A DNA stretch of 64,000 nt from an uncultured Acidobacteriota bacterium (GCA_963770895.1 CAVYRF010000001.1:1952001-2016000); one strand, 5' to 3'; counted from the stretch's first letter, positions 19,073 to 30,018 are shown. Notes: generated by a model from the letters alone, not told the origin. Numbers and translations: made by a program.

Positions 19073-19586
19073 CGCCGTCGGGTCGCCGCTCATAGCATAG
19101 GAAGGTGTAGGCGCAGGGCGCTTCCGGGTCGTCGGCCGCTTCGCGGCGCTCGGCGGCGACTTCGGTCCACTGCCGCGGGTCGACGTCGGGGAGGCGGGCG
19201 TCGCCGGCAAAGTCCTGGTGCAGGCGGGTGAGCCAGAGGCGCGAGCCGGTGCCGGCGGCCAGGGCCTGGCGATAGACGTCGGCTCCGCCGGCGATGAAGA
19301 CTTCGGCGGCGCCTTCGCCGCGCGCCAGCGCCAGGGCGGCGGCGAGCGACCTGGCGGCGCGGACTCCGGCGGGCGGGGCATAGCCGTCCTGGCGGGAGAG
19401 CACGACCGTCTGGCGGCCGGGCAGCGGCCGGCCGATGCTCTCGAAGGTCTTGCGTCCCATCACCAGCCAGTGCCCCATGGTCAGGCGGCGAAAGCGCTGC
19501 AGGTCCGCCCGCAGGCGCCAGGGCAGCTGGTTGTCGCGGCCGATGACGCCGTTGGCGGCGACCGCCGCGATCAGCGAGACGATCAC
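19065..19586 (-). CDS. folA: Dihydrofolate reductase
   Basis: LIAAVAANGVIGRDNQLPWRL, MGRKTFESIGRPLPGR, IAGGADVY. Confidence 0.96.
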   Translation of the reverse strand: MIVSLIAAVAANGVIGRDNQLPWRLRADLQRFRRLTMGHWLVMGRKTFESIGRPLPGRQTVVLSRQDGYAPPAGVRAARSLAAALALARGEGAAEVFIAGGADVYRQALAAGTGSRLWLTRLHQDFAGDARLPDVDPRQWTEVAAERREAADDPEAPCAYTFLCYERRPDGDG

Positions 19587-19599
19587 GCGCCGGCCGGCC

Positions 19600-20394
19600 T
19601 CAGACGGCCACCGGCGCCTTGATGCCGGGATGGGGGTCGTAGTCGAGCAGGGTGAAGTCTTCGTACTGGAAGTCGAACAGCGACTGGCCGCGCTGGGCCA
19701 GCGCCATGCGCGGCAGCGGCCTGGGCGCGCGGCCCAGCTGCGTCCTGGCCTGCTCGACGTGGTTGAGGTAGAGGTGGGCGTCGCCCAGGGTGTGCACCAG
19801 CTCGCCCGGCCGCAGGCCGGTCACCTGCGCCACCATCAGGGTGAGCAGGGCGTAGGAGGCGATGTTGAACGGCAGCCCCAGGAAGACGTCGGCGCTGCGC
19901 TGGTAGATCTGGCAGGAGAGGGCGCCGCCGGCGACGTAGAACTGGAACAGGATGTGGCACGGCGGCAGGCGCATGCGGTCCAGGTCGCCGACGTTCCAGG
20001 CGCTGACCACGTGGCGCCGCGAATCCGGATCGCGGCGCAGGCCGTCGACCAGGCGGGCCATCTGGTCGATGGCCTGCCCGTCGCGGCCCGGCCAGGAGCG
20101 CCACTGGTGGCCGTAGGTGGGCCCCAGGTCGCCCGCGGCGTCGGCCCATTCGTCCCAGATGGTGACGCCGTGCTGCTGCAGCCAGGCGACGTTGGTGTCG
20201 CCTGCCAGCAACCACAGCAGCTCATAGACGATCGACCGCAGGTGCAGCCGCTTGGTGGTGAGCAGCGGGAATCCGGCCGCCAGATCGAAACGCATCTGGT
20301 GGCCGAACACGCTCAAGGTGCCGGTGCCGGTGCGGTCTGCCTTGGGCTGGCCGCGCTCAAGGACGGTGTGCAACAGGTCCAGGTACTGGCGCAT
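19600..20394 (-). CDS. thyA: Thymidylate synthase
   Basis: [43 protein letters not shown]. Confidence 0.97.
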   Translation of the reverse strand: MRQYLDLLHTVLERGQPKADRTGTGTLSVFGHQMRFDLAAGFPLLTTKRLHLRSIVYELLWLLAGDTNVAWLQQHGVTIWDEWADAAGDLGPTYGHQWRSWPGRDGQAIDQMARLVDGLRRDPDSRRHVVSAWNVGDLDRMRLPPCHILFQFYVAGGALSCQIYQRSADVFLGLPFNIASYALLTLMVAQVTGLRPGELVHTLGDAHLYLNHVEQARTQLGRAPRPLPRMALAQRGQSLFDFQYEDFTLLDYDPHPGIKAPVAV

Positions 20395-20446
20395 CTAGCA
20401 GTGTCCCGACCGACGCCGGCTTCTCGGATTTACGCGCGGTGGGCCA

Positions 20447-21619
20447 CTAGACGAACACCTCGACCTTGCCCTTGTCGCGCAGGGCCTTGATGTACTGCTG
20501 CACCTTTTCCTGCTGCTGGCGCTGCTTGAGGAAGTCGCCGATTTTGTCCTTGACGTCGGCAAAGGGCACCACGCCGGCATCCTGGTGCTCGACCAGCCGG
20601 ATGATGTGGTAGCCGTATTCGCTTTCGACGACCGGCGACAGGTCCTTGGGCGTCTTGAGGGCGAAGGCCGCGGCTTCGAACGGCGGCACCGTCTGGCCGC
20701 GCGTCAGCCAGCCCAGGTCGCCGCCGCGCTGCTTCGAACCCGGATCGTCGGAGTTTTCCGTCGCCAGCTTGGCGAAGTCGCCGCCCGCCTTCAGCTTGGC
20801 CAGGATGTCGTCGGCCTTGGCCTTGGCTTTGGCCTTGTCGGCGGCGGGCGCGTCCTTGGCCACCTTGATCAGGATGTGCTCGACGTGGATGCGCTCGGGG
20901 CGCTTCATCGTCTGCTGGTTCTGATCGTAGAAGGCCTTTTCTTGCGCGTCGGTGACGGCGACGCCCGCCACCACCTTGGTTTCGATCAGCCGCTGCACCA
21001 GGAAGGCGTCGCGCGCCCGCGCGATCAGCTCGGGCTCGGTCATGCCTTCCTTCTTGAGCTCTTCCTGATACTTGTCGGGGCTGGGGAAGCGGGCCTTCAG
21101 CTCGTCGATCTGCTTCTTGATCTCGTCGTCGGTGGCGGTGACGCCCTGAGTCTTGGCGTCCTGCAGCAGCAGCTGGCGGGCGACGATGTTCTCCAACACC
21201 TTGCGGTAGAAGTCGGCGGTCATCGGCTGGTTGGGCGCCATCTGGGTGTGCACCTGGTCCGCGGTCTTGAGCAGCTCGTCCTTCTTGATGTCCTGGCCGT
21301 TCACCTTTGCCACCACCGCCGGGATCTTGTCGGGCGACAGCGGCACCGGCGCCGGTCCGGCCGCGGCTCCGGCGGGCGGCGCGCCGGCCATGCCCGGAGG
21401 GGCCGGCGTGGCGGACGGCGCAGGCGTCGTCGCCCCAGACGGGGCGGCCGGGGTCGCCGCGGTCCCCTGGGCTGCCGCCGGTGCCGGCGCCGCGGCCTTG
21501 CTGCCGGACGCCTGCTGTTCGCCGAGCGAGCCGTGGGAACAGCCCAGCAAGCCGGTCAGCAGGAACACCAGCGAGAGGGACAGGATCTGAGGTGAATGAG
21601 ACGGGGTGTTCTTGCGCAT
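20447..21619 (-). CDS. PpiC/PrsA/SurA-type peptidyl-prolyl isomerase lipoprotein
   Basis: Lipobox LLGC; HVEHILIK, GGDFAKLATENSDDPGSKQRGGDLG, PVVESEYGYHII. Alternative start 21640. Confidence 0.9.
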   Translation of the reverse strand: MRKNTPSHSPQILSLSLVFLLTGLLGCSHGSLGEQQASGSKAAAPAPAAAQGTAATPAAPSGATTPAPSATPAPPGMAGAPPAGAAAGPAPVPLSPDKIPAVVAKVNGQDIKKDELLKTADQVHTQMAPNQPMTADFYRKVLENIVARQLLLQDAKTQGVTATDDEIKKQIDELKARFPSPDKYQEELKKEGMTEPELIARARDAFLVQRLIETKVVAGVAVTDAQEKAFYDQNQQTMKRPERIHVEHILIKVAKDAPAADKAKAKAKADDILAKLKAGGDFAKLATENSDDPGSKQRGGDLGWLTRGQTVPPFEAAAFALKTPKDLSPVVESEYGYHIIRLVEHQDAGVVPFADVKDKIGDFLKQRQQQEKVQQYIKALRDKGKVEVFV

Positions 21620-21906
21620 CGGGTTGTTTTCCTCGATCAATCGCCCTGGCCCGCGTGCTGCGGTCGTGGCTGCGGGGCGGTCGTAGGGACGAGAGGACGG
21701 AATACGGCCGCGGACGGTCCAAGGCCGTGAAGGCGCATATCCTACCCGGAAACCGGCCGTCGCGGAAAGATCCGGGCCTTCATCTGTACTGCTGCCAATG
21801 AGATCGGCGCGCGGCCGCCGCCCGGCGGAGCCCCCGGCCGGGGGGCGCGCGGCAGCGCCCGGCCGCGGGCGGCGGCAGGATGCGGTGCTGTATAGTATCG
21901 CCGCCC

Positions 21907-22308
21907 ATGAGCGCCAAGCCTTTTCGCATCTTGATTGCCAAGCCTGGGCTGGACGGGCACGACCGGGGGGCCAAGGTGGTGGCGCGCGCGCTGCGCGACG
22001 CCGGTTTCGAGGTGATCTACAGCGGTCTGCGGCAGACTCCCGAGCAGATCGTCGCCGCCGCGGTGCAGGAAGACGTGGCCGCGGTGGGCCTGTCGATCCT
22101 GTCCGGTGCCCACAACAGCCTGCTGCCCGAAATCACCCGCCTGCTCAAGGAGCAGGGCGCGGGCGACATCCTGGTGTTCGCCGGCGGCATCATCCCCGAG
22201 CAGGACCTGGCAGGGCTCAAGAGCGCCGGCATCGACGCGGTCTTTCTTCCCGGCACCTCGACCAAGGACATCGTCCAGTATCTGCGGGTGCGTCTCAGCG
22301 CGGCCTAG
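21907..22308 (+). CDS. Cobalamin-binding subunit of the methylmalonyl-CoA mutase family
   Basis: [15 protein letters not shown] (DxHxxG), [16 protein letters not shown]. Confidence 0.93.
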   Translation: MSAKPFRILIAKPGLDGHDRGAKVVARALRDAGFEVIYSGLRQTPEQIVAAAVQEDVAAVGLSILSGAHNSLLPEITRLLKEQGAGDILVFAGGIIPEQDLAGLKSAGIDAVFLPGTSTKDIVQYLRVRLSAA

Positions 22309-22516
22309 TGGCCTGGTGGCCCTGATGGCCGCGGGGCATCCAGCGCGCCGCCGCCGGGGCCGGCCGGGCGCGGGGGCTGGCGCCGGGTGCCCCCCGGCAG
22401 TTTCGACGAGCCTTGGCAGCGCCTGGCCGCCGGCGGGTAAACCCCTGATGGAAAGCGGTTTGACGGTTCGGTGCCGGGATGCTAGGTTATCTTGACATTG
22501 GGATCGGAGGGGGTAC

Positions 22517-24304
22517 ATGAGCAGACGCATCCTGCTGGCCGACGACAGCGTCACCATCCAGAAGGTCATCGAGCTGACCTTCATGGACGATGACTACGAG
22601 GTGCGGGCGGTCGGCAATGGTGATGAAGCCCTGGCGATGCTCGGGGCGCTCAAGGTCGACTTCGTCATCGCCGACGTCCACATGCCGGGCGCCAGCGGCT
22701 ACGAAGTCTGCCGGCGGTCCAAGCAGCAACAGCCGCACGTGCCGGTGCTGCTGCTGGTCGGCACGTTCGAGCCGTTCGACGAAGCGCAGGCGCGCGAATG
22801 CGGCGCCAACGCCTTCTTGAAAAAGCCCTTCGATTCGCAGGAGCTGCTCGGCCGGGTGCACGATCTGCTCGGTCCCGATCCGGCGGAGACCGCGGAGGCT
22901 GAGCCCCATCCGCCCGCCGCCGGCGCCGCCGCCACCTCCGACGCCCAGCCGCCGTACGCGGCCACCTCCGCCCCCCACGCGGGTATGGCCGGAATCGCCC
23001 CGCCGGCGACGCTCGCGCCGCCGCCGCCGGCGTCTTCTGCGGGGCTGTCTGCCGCGGCTTTCGACGCGGCGGCGGAACCGGACCGCCTCCACCTGCTCGA
23101 CCTGCCGCCGCTGTCCGGCGTCCTGCACGCCGCGCCGCCGGCTTCGCCGTTCCTGCCCGATCCGGCGCCGCCGTCTGCCGCCGCGGCGTCCGCGCCGCCG
23201 CCGCTCGAAGCGGCCGCAAGCTGGCAGGAATTCGAACTGGAAGCTGAACCCGAAGCCCCGGCCGATCCCTGGCTGTCGCGCCCGGCCGCTGCACCGCCGC
23301 CGGTCGCGGCGCCGCCGCCAGCCGCGGATTTCGCCCTGGATGCCGCGCCGGCGCACAGGTCTTCCGGGGTGGCAGGTTTTGGCGACGACCCGCTGGGTGG
23401 TGCGGTGGGGACCAGGGGACCGGGCGAAGCCGTCGAGCAGCCCTTTGCTCTCGGCGACCTGGAAAGCGATTCGTTCGAACATGGCGGCTCGCCATTCCTG
23501 CCGTCCGCAAGCCCCGTGGCGCCGGCCAGGCCTGAGTCGCTCGCCGGTCCTGAACGCGCGACCATGGCGGAGCCGGTCGTTGCGGCCGGCACCGGACGCT
23601 CGACGTTCGGTGCGGATGCCGCGCCGGCCAAGGCCTCGCCGCCGCCGGCGATCGACCATGAAGACGTCGCGGTGCCGTTCGATTTCGCCGCCGCGGCGGA
23701 ACCCGGCCCTGCGCTTGCCGCGACCCCGGCCCACGCCTTTTCGGCTGGTGCGACGGCCGCCGCTGCGGGTGCCTTGGCCGGGGCAGCCGCCACCGCGGCC
23801 GCCGTGACCGCCTCGCCGTTTGCCGCCAGACCGCCGGCCGACATCGATGCCCAGCCGCCGACGCCGGCCACGCCGGCCATGCCGGCAACCTCTGCCACCG
23901 ACGCCGCTGGCGCCGCGCCGTCACCGTGGGCCGCGGCTCCGGCAGCCAGCGCCGCCGCCGCCGCCGGCGGCGAAGGGGTGGGTGGCGACGTCGCCGGCGG
24001 GACGCACCTGGACTCGCCCCCGCCGCCAAGCGCCGCCGCGGCCCCGCCGGCAACCGCCGCCGCGCCCCCGGCAGCTCCGGTGACCTCGGCGCCCGCCGCC
24101 CAGGCCACCGCCGCGCCCTCGGCGACCCCTGCGACCCCTGCGACGCCTGCGATCACCGACGCCGACGTCGAGCGCATCGCGCGCCGCGTCGTCGAACTGC
24201 TGGGCGACAAGGTGGTGCGCGACGTTGCCTGGGAAGTCATCCCGGACCTCGCCGAGGTGGTGATCAAGGACCGCCTGCGCGAGCTCGAAAGCCAGGTCGA
24301 GTGA
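22517..24304 (+). CDS. RomR-like response regulator (receiver, long Ala/Pro linker, conserved C-terminal helix)
   Basis: ILLADDSVTIQKVIELTF, IADVHMP, KPFDSQ; C-terminal VAWEVIPDLAEVVIKDRL; lies directly upstream of valS. Confidence 0.8.
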   Translation: MSRRILLADDSVTIQKVIELTFMDDDYEVRAVGNGDEALAMLGALKVDFVIADVHMPGASGYEVCRRSKQQQPHVPVLLLVGTFEPFDEAQARECGANAFLKKPFDSQELLGRVHDLLGPDPAETAEAEPHPPAAGAAATSDAQPPYAATSAPHAGMAGIAPPATLAPPPPASSAGLSAAAFDAAAEPDRLHLLDLPPLSGVLHAAPPASPFLPDPAPPSAAAASAPPPLEAAASWQEFELEAEPEAPADPWLSRPAAAPPPVAAPPPAADFALDAAPAHRSSGVAGFGDDPLGGAVGTRGPGEAVEQPFALGDLESDSFEHGGSPFLPSASPVAPARPESLAGPERATMAEPVVAAGTGRSTFGADAAPAKASPPPAIDHEDVAVPFDFAAAAEPGPALAATPAHAFSAGATAAAAGALAGAAATAAAVTASPFAARPPADIDAQPPTPATPAMPATSATDAAGAAPSPWAAAPAASAAAAAGGEGVGGDVAGGTHLDSPPPPSAAAAPPATAAAPPAAPVTSAPAAQATAAPSATPATPATPAITDADVERIARRVVELLGDKVVRDVAWEVIPDLAEVVIKDRLRELESQVE

Positions 24305-24516
24305 CGCCCTCGCTGCACCGGCGCCGTCCCCGCTGACCCGGCCGCCGGTCCCTGGCCGCGCCTGCCGTCAGCCTGCCGATCGCGCCTACCGCCGCCGCGC
24401 GCCGGCCGTCCGATCGTAGCGGCCGGCCGGCTCTGACAGAATGCAGGTCGCGCCGCGCCGGGCCGCCGGGCCGGGCACGCCGCGATCCGAGCTGCAAGAC
24501 CTGGAGAACCAGCAGT

Positions 24517-27180
24517 ATGGAAGAGCTCGACAAGCGCTTCGACCCGCGCTCCTACGAGCGCGCGTGGCAGCAGAAGTGGGAAGCCAGCGGCATCTTCCGC
24601 GCCGCGGCGCCCGCGGCGTCATCGCCGCGCCCGTCGTTCTGCATCATGATCCCGCCGCCCAACGTGACCGGCAAGCTCCACGTCGGCCACGCCCTGCAGA
24701 CCACGCTGCAGGACACCCTCACCCGCTGGCGGCGGATGAGCGGCGACAACGCGCTCTGGCTGCCCGGCACCGACCACGCCGGCATCTCGACCCAGCTGAT
24801 GGTCGAGCGGCAGCTTGCCGTCGAGGGCACCGATCGCCGCACCCTGGGGCGCGAGCGCTTCCTGGCACGGATGTGGGAGTGGACTGACCAGTACCACGGC
24901 AACATCCGCCAGCAGCTCGACCTGCTGGGGGCCAGCTGCGACTGGAGCCGCGAGCGCTTCACCCTCGATCCCGGCCTGTCGCAGGCGGTGCGCGAAGCCT
25001 TTGTGACCCTGCACGCCGACGGCCTGATCCGGCGCGGCCAGTACCTGGTCAACTGGTCGCCCGTCCTGGGCACCGCGATCTCCGACCTCGAAGTCGAGAT
25101 GAAGACGGTGCAGGGCAAGCTCTACCACATCGCCTATCCGGTGGAAGGCCAGGCGCCGGTGGTGGTGGCGACCACCCGCCCGGAAACCATGCTGGGCGAC
25201 ACCGCCATCGCCTTCCATCCCGACGACGAGCGCTACCGCCACCTCGCCGGCAAGGCGGCGACGCTGCCGCTGGTCGGGCGGCAGCTGCCCTTCGTCGCCG
25301 ACCCGGCGGTCGAGCGCGACTTCGGCACCGGCCTGGTCAAGCTGACGCCGTACCACGACGCCAGCGATTTCGAGATGGCCCGCCGCCACGGCCTGCCGGG
25401 GATCACGGTCATCGACCAGCAGGGGCGCATGACCGCCGACGCCGGTCCCGACTTCGCCGGCCTCGACCGCGCCGCGGCGCGCCAGGCGGTGGTCGAGCGG
25501 CTGCGCGCCGCGGGCCTGCTGGTCAAAGTCGAGGATCACGTCCACAACGTCGGCCATTCGCAGCGCAGCGGCGAGCCGATCGAGCCGCTGATGTCGACGC
25601 AGTGGTTTTGCGACGTCACGGACATGGCGGCGCAGGCGCTGGCGGCACAGCGCGAAGGGCGGCTCAAGCTGATCCCCGAAACGTGGGAGAAGACCTGGGA
25701 GCACTGGCTGGAGACGATCAAGCCGTGGTGCATCTCGCGCCAGCTGTGGTGGGGGCACCAGATCCCTGCCTGGTACACGGCCGACGGCCAGTGCTTCGTG
25801 GCGCGCAGCCGCGAAGACGCGGCGCGGGCTGCAGGCGTCGATGCCCAGGCGCTCACCCAGGACCCCGACGTGCTGGACACCTGGTTTTCGTCCGGTCTAT
25901 GGCCGTTCTCGACCCTGGGCTGGCCGCAGCAGACGGACGACCTGGCGACGTTCTATCCGACCCAGGCGCTGATCACCGGCCACGACATCTTGTTCTTCTG
26001 GGTCGCCCGCATGGTGATGTTCGGCCTGCGCTTCACCGGACAGGTGCCGTTTTCGCTGGTGCACCTGACCGGCCTGGTGCGCGACGCGGACGGGGTCAAG
26101 ATGTCGAAGACCCGCGGCAACACCGTCGATCCCATCGACCTGGTCGACGAATACGGCGCCGACGCGGTGCGCTTCACCCTCGCCTCGCTCGACAGCCCCG
26201 GCCGCGACATCCCGATCCGGGCCGAGCAGCTGGCCGGCTACCGCGCCTTCGGCAACAAGATCTGGAACGCCGCGCGCTTCGCCCTGAGCCGCGTCGACGC
26301 CGCGGCGCGGGTGCAGCCGGACCTCGACCCCGCCGGCCTGGCGCCGCCCGAGCGCTGGATCCTGTCGCGCCTGTCGCGCGTCGCGGCCGAAATCGGCCCG
26401 CGCCTTGCCGCCTGCCGCTTCGACGAAGCGTGCAGCCGCCTGTACCACTTCTTCTGGGGCGATCTTTGCGATTGGTACATCGAGCTCGCCAAGCCGGCGC
26501 TCGCCGGCGAAGCGCCGCGCCCGCGCACCGGCGACGTCCTGCTCACCGTGCTCGACCGCAGCCTGCGCCTGCTGCACCCGGTGATGCCGTTCCTGACCGA
26601 GGAGATCTGGCAGCGCCTGCCCGGCCACCAGGACATCCACGCCGACACCATCTGCCTGGCCGCCTATCCCGGCCGCGAAGAGCGCTGGGAGAGCGCCGAC
26701 GTGGAGTCCGGCATGGAGGTCCTGATGCAGGTGGTGACGCGGGTGCGCAGCCTGCGCGCCGAGCTGGGCCTGCCGCCCAAGGCCCGCCTGGACCTGGTCC
26801 TGGGCATCCCCGCCGCCGCCGGCGCCGGCGCGCTGCTGGCCCAGCAGGAACACCTGATCCGCGCCCTCTGCCGCGTCACCTCGGTCGCCTGCGGTCCGCC
26901 CGCCGACGTGCCGCAAGCGGGCGCGGCGATCACCGACCTGGTGGCGGGCATCCAGGTCACCCTGGTGCCCGAGCGGCAGGAGATGGGCGCCGACGAGCGC
27001 GAACGCCTGGGGCGTGAGCTGGACAAGCTGGGCGCGGAGATCCAGCGCGCCGAGCAGCGGCTCAGCCTGCCCGACTTCCTCGCCAAGGCGCCGCCGGCGG
27101 TGGTCGAAGGCGGCCGCGCGCGCCTGGCGGAAATGCGCGACCGCCAGGAGCGCATCCGCGCCAGCCTGGGCGGCGCCTGA
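24517..27180 (+). CDS. valS: Valyl-tRNA synthetase
   Basis: PPPNVTGKLHVGH, GTDHAGI, WCISRQLWWGH, DVLDTWFSS, KMSKT. Confidence 0.97.
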   Translation: MEELDKRFDPRSYERAWQQKWEASGIFRAAAPAASSPRPSFCIMIPPPNVTGKLHVGHALQTTLQDTLTRWRRMSGDNALWLPGTDHAGISTQLMVERQLAVEGTDRRTLGRERFLARMWEWTDQYHGNIRQQLDLLGASCDWSRERFTLDPGLSQAVREAFVTLHADGLIRRGQYLVNWSPVLGTAISDLEVEMKTVQGKLYHIAYPVEGQAPVVVATTRPETMLGDTAIAFHPDDERYRHLAGKAATLPLVGRQLPFVADPAVERDFGTGLVKLTPYHDASDFEMARRHGLPGITVIDQQGRMTADAGPDFAGLDRAAARQAVVERLRAAGLLVKVEDHVHNVGHSQRSGEPIEPLMSTQWFCDVTDMAAQALAAQREGRLKLIPETWEKTWEHWLETIKPWCISRQLWWGHQIPAWYTADGQCFVARSREDAARAAGVDAQALTQDPDVLDTWFSSGLWPFSTLGWPQQTDDLATFYPTQALITGHDILFFWVARMVMFGLRFTGQVPFSLVHLTGLVRDADGVKMSKTRGNTVDPIDLVDEYGADAVRFTLASLDSPGRDIPIRAEQLAGYRAFGNKIWNAARFALSRVDAAARVQPDLDPAGLAPPERWILSRLSRVAAEIGPRLAACRFDEACSRLYHFFWGDLCDWYIELAKPALAGEAPRPRTGDVLLTVLDRSLRLLHPVMPFLTEEIWQRLPGHQDIHADTICLAAYPGREERWESADVESGMEVLMQVVTRVRSLRAELGLPPKARLDLVLGIPAAAGAGALLAQQEHLIRALCRVTSVACGPPADVPQAGAAITDLVAGIQVTLVPERQEMGADERERLGRELDKLGAEIQRAEQRLSLPDFLAKAPPAVVEGGRARLAEMRDRQERIRASLGGA

Positions 27181-27194
27181 GGAGAGCCCAAGGC

Positions 27195-28148
27195 GTGGAT
27201 TTCCATCGCTACGTCGCCGACCTGGAAGGCGCCCGCTTCCGCGCCGCGCACCGGCCCGGACCGGACAACGTGGTGGTGCTGGCGACCACCGCCTCCACCA
27301 ACTCGCTGGCGCGCAGCATCGCGCACGACCTGGAAGCCGAGGGTCTGGACGTCACGCCGATGCTCATCCTGGCCCTGGCGCAGACCGGTGGCCGCGGCCG
27401 CCAGGGGCGCAGCTGGGTGAGCCCCGCCGGGCGCGGCGTCTACGGCACGCTGGTCCACTCCTACAAGACTGCCGACCCGCTGCCGACCCTGCCGCTGCTG
27501 GCCGGGGTCGGCCTCTGCCGGGCGCTCGCGCCCTACCTGCCCGCCGCGGCCGGCGATCCGGCAGGTTCCGGCGGGGCCGCGGCCGCCGGCGGTTGCCGCC
27601 TGAAGTGGCCGAACGACCTGGTGGTGCCCGCCGCGCCCGGAGCGCCGGGTGCCGCCGGCGCCTCGGGCCGCAAGATCGGCGGCATCCTGATCGAAGCGCT
27701 GATCCATTCCGGCGCCGGGGCCGTGGCGCTGATCGGTTTCGGCGTCAACCACAGCCACGACGCGGACCAGCTGCCCCCTGGCGCCACCTCGCTGCAGCTC
27801 GAAAACCCCGCCGGCGCGGGCGACCTGGCCCAACTGACCTGGGACCTGGTGGCCGGTCTGGAACGCGAGCTGCGCCATGCCGGCGATGCGGCCTATGCCG
27901 CGGCCGCCTACAGCGAGCTCTCCATCCACCGCCCCGGCGATCGCCTGGTCTGCCAGGTCGGCGACCGCCGCCTGGCCGGCACCTTCGCCGGCTTCGACGC
28001 CGCCGGCCGCCTGCGCCTGCGCCACCCAAGGCCGGCCGAAGGTCAGGCATCCGCAGCATCCGACGGCGGCGGGGAGGCGGCAGCGCCAGACGACCAGGAC
28101 GAGCTCCTGCTGTCGGCAGGAGAGGTGATCGAGCACGGACCCTCGTAA
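27195..28148 (+). CDS. birA: Biotin-protein ligase (no HTH)
   Basis: STNS, QTGGRGRQGRSWVSP, LKWPNDL, RKIGGILIE, GFGVN. Confidence 0.9.
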   Translation: MDFHRYVADLEGARFRAAHRPGPDNVVVLATTASTNSLARSIAHDLEAEGLDVTPMLILALAQTGGRGRQGRSWVSPAGRGVYGTLVHSYKTADPLPTLPLLAGVGLCRALAPYLPAAAGDPAGSGGAAAAGGCRLKWPNDLVVPAAPGAPGAAGASGRKIGGILIEALIHSGAGAVALIGFGVNHSHDADQLPPGATSLQLENPAGAGDLAQLTWDLVAGLERELRHAGDAAYAAAAYSELSIHRPGDRLVCQVGDRRLAGTFAGFDAAGRLRLRHPRPAEGQASAASDGGGEAAAPDDQDELLLSAGEVIEHGPS

Positions 28149-28214
28149 CCTGGCAAGCGTCGGGTGTCGGGATGATGATCAGCAGGCGCGATCGGCGGAA
28201 GAGGTGATCGGGCG

Positions 28215-29123
28215 ATGAGCACGGACGGCGGCAAGAAGCGCGGCAAGAGCACCGGTGGGGCAGGGGAGGCGCGTCCCGCGGGCGACGGCGCGGCCAGCAG
28301 CGGCGGCGCGATCGGCGGCGGACCAGCCGGAGCCGCGGGCGGTGGCCGGCAGGACGAGCTGCTGGTGCTGCTGGACGTCGGCAACACCAACACGGTCGTC
28401 GGCGTGCAGCGCGGCGAGCAGCTGATCGAGAGCTTCCGCCTGTCGACCGACGCGGAGCGTACGGGAGACGAATACGGGTCGCTGCTGCTGCCGCTGTTTT
28501 CGCGGCTGGGGATCGATCCGCTGGACGCCGACGCGGTGGTCATCTCGTCGGTGGTGCCGCCGCTGCACCTGACGCTCGACCACCTGTCGCGGCGGTTCTT
28601 CGGCAAGAAGCCGATGTTCGTCGAGCTGGGCGTGCGCACCGGCATGCCGATCCGTTACGACAATCCCAAGGAGGTGGGCGCCGACCGCGTGGTCAACTCC
28701 GTCGCGGCGCGCGACCGCTTCGGCGCGCCGGTGATCGTGGTCGATTTCGGCACCGCCACCACCTTCGACGTCGTCAACGCCGCCGGCGAATACATCGGCG
28801 GCATCATCGCGCCGGGAATCGGTATTTCCGCGGAAGCGCTTTTTGCCCACGCTTCGCGTCTATTCAGGGTAGATGTGCGCAAACCGGACAACCTGGTCGG
28901 CAAGACCACCGCATCCGCCATGCAGGCCGGCCTCTACTACGGCTACGTCGGCCTGGTGGACGGCATCCTGGAGCGCCTGCTCGCGGAGATCCCCGGCGTC
29001 AAGACGGTGGTCGCCACCGGCGGCCAGGCCGACCTCATCGCCAGCGGCTCCAAGTACATCCGTGAAACCGATCCGCTGCTCACCCTCTACGGCCTCAAAC
29101 TGATCTACGAACGCAATCGCTAG
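28215..29123 (+). CDS. coaX: Type III pantothenate kinase
   Basis: LDVGNTNT, SSVVP, EVGADR, VVDFGTATT, GGIIAPG, VATGG. Confidence 0.94.
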   Translation: MSTDGGKKRGKSTGGAGEARPAGDGAASSGGAIGGGPAGAAGGGRQDELLVLLDVGNTNTVVGVQRGEQLIESFRLSTDAERTGDEYGSLLLPLFSRLGIDPLDADAVVISSVVPPLHLTLDHLSRRFFGKKPMFVELGVRTGMPIRYDNPKEVGADRVVNSVAARDRFGAPVIVVDFGTATTFDVVNAAGEYIGGIIAPGIGISAEALFAHASRLFRVDVRKPDNLVGKTTASAMQAGLYYGYVGLVDGILERLLAEIPGVKTVVATGGQADLIASGSKYIRETDPLLTLYGLKLIYERNR

Positions 29124-29190
29124 TGGCCTGTCCCGCACCCGCCGTCGAGGGCAAGCCAGACGCTTTCGATTCGAACAGGACAGGCCGCTG

Positions 29191-30018
29191 GTGAGCAAAG
29201 AAACCCCGGGCGCTGCTGACGCCGCCGCGCCGCCCGGCCGCGACGCGGCTGCCGGGCTGGCCCAGGAACTGCCTGCTACGACCTCGCCTCCGCCCGACGA
29301 AGACGGCGACCACGCTTACTTTCAGGCGATCGAAGATCACTTCGTCGGCCTGCGCGGCGCGCCGCTGCTGCTGTCGCCCGTCGATTGGCAGGTGGCGCGC
29401 CGCTGGCACCTCCAGGGCATTCCGCTCGCCGTGGTGCGGCGGGCGCTCGACGACCTGTTCGCCCGCCGCCGCGAGCGCGGCGCCCGCGGCCGGGTGTCCA
29501 GCCTGCGCTACTGCGTGCCCGCCGTCGAGGCGGCCTGGGCCGACCACGCCGACCTGGCCGCCCCCGGCGCCCGCGGCAAGGCCGAGCCGTTCGACACCGC
29601 CGGCCGCCTGGCCGCCCTGGCCGACGCCCTGACAAGCCTGCCGCTGCTCCCGTCCACCTCCGGCGATGCCGGTGACCGCGGCGAACCGATCGGTGTCGCG
29701 GCGCTCGCCGGCCTGCGCGGGCGCCTGCTCGCCCTGGCGCAAACGGACCTGGATGCCCAGGTGGTCGAGGAGCGCCTGGCCGATCTCGATCGGGAGACGC
29801 TCGATACCACCCTGGCATCGCTCTCCGCCGCGGACCGCGCGTCGCTCGACGCCGCCGTCGCCAAAACCATGGCCGCGCTTGCCAGCCGCCTGCCCGCAGC
29901 CGAGCTGGAACGGGCGCGCGAGCGCCTGACCCGCCAGGTGCTGCGCGGACGCCTCGGCCTGCCGACGCTGTCGCTCTTCTCGCCCGAAGCCCTGGGGCCG
30001 GCGCCGGGGCAGCAGTGA
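29191..30018 (+). CDS. Conserved hypothetical protein
   Basis: YFQAIEDHFVGLRGAPLLLSPVDW...WHLQGIPL...VSSLRYC; coupled to miaA by a GTGA overlap. Confidence 0.75.
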   Translation: MSKETPGAADAAAPPGRDAAAGLAQELPATTSPPPDEDGDHAYFQAIEDHFVGLRGAPLLLSPVDWQVARRWHLQGIPLAVVRRALDDLFARRRERGARGRVSSLRYCVPAVEAAWADHADLAAPGARGKAEPFDTAGRLAALADALTSLPLLPSTSGDAGDRGEPIGVAALAGLRGRLLALAQTDLDAQVVEERLADLDRETLDTTLASLSAADRASLDAAVAKTMAALASRLPAAELERARERLTRQVLRGRLGLPTLSLFSPEALGPAPGQQ

